Positions 35,446 to 40,075 of a DNA stretch of 40,075 nt are shown here, one piece after another. Position 1 is the stretch's first letter. Every line of letters starts with the position of its first letter. The notes beneath the pieces are model-generated. The model made no database searches and had not been told where the DNA came from. It saw nothing but the letters and a program-made list of their open reading frames with translations. The stretch is from the IMG/VR virus record IMGVR_UViG_3300036833_000243, positions 1 through 40,075 of that record, one strand, 5' to 3'. This DNA comes from a virus. Taxonomy: Duplodnaviria > Caudoviricetes. The translations under genes and the position numbers were made by a program.

Positions 35446-37592
35446 GCAACGGCACGGTTCCCACCTCCGGTCAGCGCTTCCGCATCCGCTTCCTGCCGGC
35501 GATCCCCGGCAGCAACGCGGCGGCGTCGGCGGCAGCTGCGGCGGCGTCGGCAGCGGCGGCGCAGACCGCCGCCAACACGGCGGTGGCGGCGACGGCGAGC
35601 AAGGTCAACAAGGCCGGCGACACGATGACCGGCTTTCTGATCCTGAATGCCGATCCGATGATCGCGCTGCACGCCGCCAGCAAGCAATACGTCGACGCCC
35701 ACGGCGGTGGCGGCGGCGGTGGCAACATGTCCACCAGCGGCGCGCCGGTGGCGGGTCAGCTCGGGATGTTCACCGATCCGACCCACATGACGGGGCTCAT
35801 CGTCGGCGCCGCGTTGAGTGCGTCGGGCGGCACGCTCAACGTCATCGCCGCTGGCGGCAACGTGATGAACAGCGGCACGCCGGTGGCTGGTCAGCTCGCG
35901 CGCTGGACCTCAAGCACGCTGATCCAGGGCGTCGACGCATCGAGCCTTGGGTTCCAGCCGCTCTCCGCCGATCTGACGTCGCTCGCGGCGGCATCGGCGT
36001 CCGGCATCGGCCCCTCACCGAGCGGGCTTTACTACCGCAAGGCCACCAACACCTGGGCCCCCCTCAACCTCGTCAATCTCACGATCGACGGCACCACCGA
36101 CACGATCAGCGCCGCCGGCGGCACTGGCGGCGGCAACGTCAGCAGCATCGGCACGCCGACGAGCGGCCAGCTCGCGCAGTGGACGAGTGGAACGCAAATC
36201 CAGGGCATCACCTCGATCACCAATGCGTTGCTGTCGCCGGTCGTTGCGCCGATGTTCAAGGGCCGCACGACTGCCGGCACTGGCGCGCTCGAGGATTTGA
36301 CGCCGACGCAGGCGACGGCGCTGCTCAACCCGCTCGTCGGCGATGCGGGCTCGGGCGGCACCAAAGGCCTCGCGCCGGCGCCTGCCGCCGGCGACGCCGC
36401 TGCGGCAAAATTTCTGAAAGCAGATGCGACTTGGGCCGTGCCGGTGGCCGGCGGCAACGTCAGCAACGTCGGCACCCCGCTGGCAAATCAATTTGCCCAG
36501 TGGACCGATGCGACGCACATCCAAGGCATCACGGCCGCAACGGCAACGGCGGCACTCAATACGTTAATTGGTGCCAACGGCGTAGCTGGCGTTAAGGGTC
36601 TAGCTCCGGCTCCTGCTGCCGGTGATGCAGCTGCTGGAAAGTTCTTAAAGGCGGATGCGACCTGGGCTGTACCGCCTGGAGGTGGTGCAGGTCTCACGAT
36701 CTCCGATACGCCGCCTGCTTCGCCGACCGTTGGCATGCTGTGGTGGCAGAGCAGCACCGGCATCCTCTGGCTCTACTACACCGATATCAACAGCTCGCAA
36801 TGGGTTGCTGTCAGCAGCGTACCGGGTGGTGCTGCTACAGCTGCACCTCCTATTCTAAATTATCTTGGCGGGTTGACACTCAGCAACGATGTTACATCAC
36901 CGAATACCGTGCTTGATATTGCTACAGGTACAGCTTGTTCCGATGACAACACGACGATGATGGCGCTGTCAACGGTGATCACTAAGAACTGCAACGCGGC
37001 ATGGGCAGTCGGATCGGGCAATGGCGGCCTCGATACTGGATCGACGCTAGCAGCCAGCATTTGGTATCATGTCTTTTTGATCGAGCGCATAGATACAGGT
37101 GTCGTCGATGTGCTGATCTCGACGAGTGCCACCGCGCCGACATTGCCGACGAGCTATACGAGGAAGCGGCGCATCGGCTCGATCTTCGCCGATACATCAG
37201 CGCATATCCTGGCATTTACTCAGCTTGGTGATCAATTCCTGTGGACTGTTCCAATTTTAAGCATTGGAGGAACATCAGCAATTGGTACCACGCCCGGATT
37301 GATCAATGTTCCAGCACCAGCAGGTGTCAAAACGACTGCTTGGCTTAGCTGTTATTGGTCTCCTAACATCTCTTCGATATTAACCATCCAATCACCGGAT
37401 CAACCGATGACTGCTGCTTTTATTCCAGCCGGCAATGTGACTGCAGCATCTCAGGCAGCCCCTGCGCTTTCTGGCGGTGACTTTTTTGTTCGTACAAACA
37501 CTTCAAACCAAGTGCAAATTGCTGCAAACAGCGCTGTCACTGGTGGCCTGAGCCTTGTATCGAGAGGCTGGGTCGACAATCGAGGTAAGTGA
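35442..37592 (+). CDS. Tail fibre with internal repeats
   Basis: KVNKAGDTMTG.L..ADP....A.KQYVD; four GGN(V/M)...G.P..(G/N)Q...(W/F)T repeats; duplicated KGLAPAP..KFLKADATW unit. Confidence 0.85.
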   Translation: MSNGTVPTSGQRFRIRFLPAIPGSNAAASAAAAAASAAAAQTAANTAVAATASKVNKAGDTMTGFLILNADPMIALHAASKQYVDAHGGGGGGGNMSTSGAPVAGQLGMFTDPTHMTGLIVGAALSASGGTLNVIAAGGNVMNSGTPVAGQLARWTSSTLIQGVDASSLGFQPLSADLTSLAAASASGIGPSPSGLYYRKATNTWAPLNLVNLTIDGTTDTISAAGGTGGGNVSSIGTPTSGQLAQWTSGTQIQGITSITNALLSPVVAPMFKGRTTAGTGALEDLTPTQATALLNPLVGDAGSGGTKGLAPAPAAGDAAAAKFLKADATWAVPVAGGNVSNVGTPLANQFAQWTDATHIQGITAATATAALNTLIGANGVAGVKGLAPAPAAGDAAAGKFLKADATWAVPPGGGAGLTISDTPPASPTVGMLWWQSSTGILWLYYTDINSSQWVAVSSVPGGAATAAPPILNYLGGLTLSNDVTSPNTVLDIATGTACSDDNTTMMALSTVITKNCNAAWAVGSGNGGLDTGSTLAASIWYHVFLIERIDTGVVDVLISTSATAPTLPTSYTRKRRIGSIFADTSAHILAFTQLGDQFLWTVPILSIGGTSAIGTTPGLINVPAPAGVKTTAWLSCYWSPNISSILTIQSPDQPMTAAFIPAGNVTAASQAAPALSGGDFFVRTNTSNQVQIAANSAVTGGLSLVSRGWVDNRGK

Positions 37593-39769
37593 TGGCTTTT
37601 GATTTTCCGAATACTCCGACCACCGGCCAGACCTTCACGCCGCCTGGCGGTCCGACCTATACCTGGAACGGGCAAGGCTGGACGCTGGGCGGCGTTGCTG
37701 GCGCTGGTCCTCTTACTTTGAACGTCAGGACGTTCACCGCAAGCGGCACCTACACGCCGAGCGCTGGGCTGTCGTTTGCCATCATCGAGTGCCTCGGCGG
37801 TGGTGGCGGCGGTGGTGGCGTTGCGACAGCCTCAACTACTGTCGTCGTGCTAGCAGGAGGTGGCGGCTCTGGCGGTTACTCCAGAAAGTACGCGACCGCC
37901 GCAGCAATCGGCGTCTCGCAAAGTGTCACTATTGGGGCTGCGGGCGCAGCTGGCACTGCTGGCGCTAATAGCGGTGGCAGTGGTGGCGCTACGAGCGTCG
38001 GTAGTCTTTGCATCGCCAACGGCGGTGGGGGAGGCGGCGGTGCCGCTGGTACCGGCGCCCTTGGGGCAGCTGGAGCAGGCGCAAGTCCTGGCGTCGGCGA
38101 CCTGACCCTTGCCGGATCGCCGGGCGAAGGCGGCGTTGCCGCTACTGTTAATACGACCAATTATGCAGGCGGTGCCGGCGGTGGTCGTGGCGGCGCAGGT
38201 AACCTTGTTTCGGTCGCTAACGGTGGCGGCGGTCCAGCAATCGGCGCTGGCGGAGGTGGCGGCGGCGGCGCCGCTAATGGGGTGATTGCGAACTTTACTG
38301 GTGGCAATGGCGCACCGGGCCTCGTCATCATCACCGAGTACATCGGCGGCTCATCGGGCGCGGCGGTCATCCCGCCGACGACGCAGATATTCCTCAGTGG
38401 CAGCGGCACCTATACCAAGCCAACAGGCGTCAAGTACATCGAAGTGCAGTTGGTTGGCGGTGGCGGTGGGGGCGGAGGAGGCAACAATGCGACCGCTGCT
38501 ACGGCGGGAGGCGCTACGACCTTTGGTTTGCTTTCGGCCACCGGGGGCGGAGGAGCGGCTCAAGCCAATGTTTTCGGCGGGCCGGGACTAGGCAGCGGGG
38601 GCAATGTAAATCTTTATGGTGGGTTCGGAACTGCTGGCGTAGGAACCGTATCAGCCGCATTGAACGGGACGGGCGGGCAAGGCGGTGCTTCATATTTTGG
38701 TGGCGGCGGCGGCGGAGCTCTCAATAATACTGGTCAAACGGCATTTTGTCCTGGCTCCGGAGGAGGCGGCGGGGGCAGCAACGCCGCCGCAGTTATACAA
38801 TCTGGCGGCGGCGGAGGGGCCGGTGGTTTTTGCCAAGCTTTGATTACATCGCCTGCAGCGACGTCTGCCTACGTGGTCGGAACCGGTGGTCCAGGCGCAG
38901 CGGCCGGGTCAAACGGCTTTGCGGGAGGCAACGGCGCTGCTGGCATCATCATCGTGCGCGAGTTCTACGGTGACACCGCAGCTTCGGTCGCGGTCGCCGG
39001 TGGCCAACTCACGTTCACGAGTGCGACGGCGCTCAAGTTCGCACCCTACGGCGGCAACTTCATCCGGCTCAACGGCGGCTTCCGGCAAATCCCGGCGAGC
39101 GGCATCGCTGGCCTCGCTAACACCGGCGTCTACGTCGGCGGCGTGGCGGGGCAGAATCTCGCCGCGAGCACGACCTATCTCGTGTTCGTGTTCGATGTCG
39201 CCGGCGTGCTCACCGCCGACTATCGCACCGGCGCGACGCACGCGACCAGCATCACGGTCGGCAACGAGGGCACCGAAATCCTCACCGGCGACGACACCCG
39301 CAGCTTGATCGGCATGTGTCGCACCAATGCAAGTTCGCAGTTCTTTCAGGATGGTCAGAACATTGCAGTGCTGTCGTGGTTCAATCGGAAGCCAAAGTCA
39401 GGACAAGGTGGTTTTTCTACTACCAGGACACAGAACAGTCTTAACGCATGGACTGAAATAAATCCGGAAATACGTGTCAACTTTCTCTGCTGGTCCGATG
39501 CGGTAACAGTTGGCGCAGGTGGCTCGACCTATTCAAGTGCAGCGTCGGTGAACGGGTTCACACAAATAGGTCTCGATGGTGCGATAGTGAGTCCTTTATG
39601 GGAAACAACCTTTACAGCTGCGAACCTTATTTTGGCGTTTGGAGGCATCTCAACCTCGTCGCCGACTGAAGGATGGCATTATGTGACGCTTTTCGGTAAC
39701 CAAGGAGGAGCTGCTGAAGTTCAAAGCTGGGTTCCCACTTGCGCAGTCTCAGCAGTGTTGCAGGGTTAA
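37592..39769 (+). CDS. Glycine-rich tail fibre/receptor-binding protein
   Basis: MAFDFP..P..GQ.F N-terminus; two SGTYT....GGGGGG domains ending GA.G.III.E; distinct C-terminal domain. Confidence 0.85.
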   Translation: MAFDFPNTPTTGQTFTPPGGPTYTWNGQGWTLGGVAGAGPLTLNVRTFTASGTYTPSAGLSFAIIECLGGGGGGGGVATASTTVVVLAGGGGSGGYSRKYATAAAIGVSQSVTIGAAGAAGTAGANSGGSGGATSVGSLCIANGGGGGGGAAGTGALGAAGAGASPGVGDLTLAGSPGEGGVAATVNTTNYAGGAGGGRGGAGNLVSVANGGGGPAIGAGGGGGGGAANGVIANFTGGNGAPGLVIITEYIGGSSGAAVIPPTTQIFLSGSGTYTKPTGVKYIEVQLVGGGGGGGGGNNATAATAGGATTFGLLSATGGGGAAQANVFGGPGLGSGGNVNLYGGFGTAGVGTVSAALNGTGGQGGASYFGGGGGGALNNTGQTAFCPGSGGGGGGSNAAAVIQSGGGGGAGGFCQALITSPAATSAYVVGTGGPGAAAGSNGFAGGNGAAGIIIVREFYGDTAASVAVAGGQLTFTSATALKFAPYGGNFIRLNGGFRQIPASGIAGLANTGVYVGGVAGQNLAASTTYLVFVFDVAGVLTADYRTGATHATSITVGNEGTEILTGDDTRSLIGMCRTNASSQFFQDGQNIAVLSWFNRKPKSGQGGFSTTRTQNSLNAWTEINPEIRVNFLCWSDAVTVGAGGSTYSSAASVNGFTQIGLDGAIVSPLWETTFTAANLILAFGGISTSSPTEGWHYVTLFGNQGGAAEVQSWVPTCAVSAVLQG

Positions 39770-39771
39770 AG

Positions 39772-39867
39772 ATGAGCATTCAGGTCCACTTCGTCTACGA
39801 ACCAAAATACGCCGGACGCGGCTGGCCGGATGATAGCGTAAATCTACAGATCGCTATTGAAGGATAG
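39772..39867 (+). CDS. 31-aa hypothetical ORF
   Basis: Fills the gap between the fibre and holin-like genes; weak support. Confidence 0.3.
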   Translation: MSIQVHFVYEPKYAGRGWPDDSVNLQIAIEG

Positions 39868-39871
39868 CGTC

Positions 39872-40075
39872 ATGAACCCTGGCGCCGCCGAGGAAGCCGG
39901 TAAGGCCGCCGGCATCTTCATGACTATCATGAAAGACCAGCCGCTGTCGCTGGCGCTGGTGCTGATGAACCTGCTGCTGCTCGCGCTGTTCTACTACGTC
40001 ATCGCGACCGCGACCGAGGTGCGGCACAAAGAGATCGAGCGCATCTTCGCCGCGCAGGAAAAAACCAACCAGCTG
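39872..40075 (+). CDS. Single-TM holin-like protein (77 aa) continuing across the origin to the stop at 63-65
   Basis: MNPGAAEEAGKAAGIFMTIMKDQPLSLALVLMNLLLLALFYYVI...EKTNQL+LFNCVPAGK; lies upstream of the endolysin. Confidence 0.65.
   Translation, partial: MNPGAAEEAGKAAGIFMTIMKDQPLSLALVLMNLLLLALFYYVIATATEVRHKEIERIFAAQEKTNQL
40041..40075 (+). repeat. Terminal direct repeat, copy 2
   Basis: Matches 1-35 with one mismatch. Confidence 0.95.

Larger units (their letters stand above)
1..40075. mobile_element. Complete temperate phage genome (P22-like podovirus architecture), circular contig
   Basis: Terminal 35-bp overlap; integrase, cI/cro, terminase, portal, scaffold, coat, gp4/gp10, ejection, fibre and lysis genes in P22-like order; no host housekeeping genes; no tape measure or sheath. 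Confidence 0.93.

Noticed and set aside
33909-39769. Diversity-generating retroelement or invertible fibre cassette
   Set aside because: No reverse transcriptase, no TR/VR pair differing at adenines, and no inverted fibre copy or flanking inverted sites seen.
1-40075. tRNA, rRNA, CRISPR array and CtrA boxes
   Set aside because: No cloverleaf, repeat-spacer array or TTAA-N7-TTAA site recognised by eye; a covariance-model scan would be needed to exclude ncRNAs.

Overview
This window looks like the complete, circularly permuted genome of a temperate P22-like podovirus. The ends overlap by 35 bp (1-35 = 40041-40075, one mismatch) and an ORF runs across the junction. High GC and the protein families suggest an alphaproteobacterial host, probably Hyphomicrobiales (inference). 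Gene order: endolysin; large serine integrase with small flanking ORFs; leftward early operon (annealing protein, ParB-like pair, YqaJ exonuclease); cI/cro switch; late-activator-like gene; a second, small serine recombinase cassette; terS; a 3 kb insert; terL; small virion/membrane genes; portal; beta-helix protein; scaffold; P22-type coat; gp4/gp10-like proteins; ejection proteins; three fibre genes; holin-like ORF. Main oddities: (1) a HiPIP-like 4-Cys Fe-S domain inserted in the portal; (2) a symmetric attP-like site inside the integrase 3' end, whose use would remove a C-terminal Ala-Ala degron-like tail; (3) paralogous micro-ORF modules on both sides of the integrase; (4) at least 9 copies of a palindromic operator spread from 1.5 to 21 kb; (5) no recognisable replication gene, but a perfect DnaA box; (6) a secreted two-Cys peptide next to an operator. 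All family calls come from motif recognition by eye; no searches were run.
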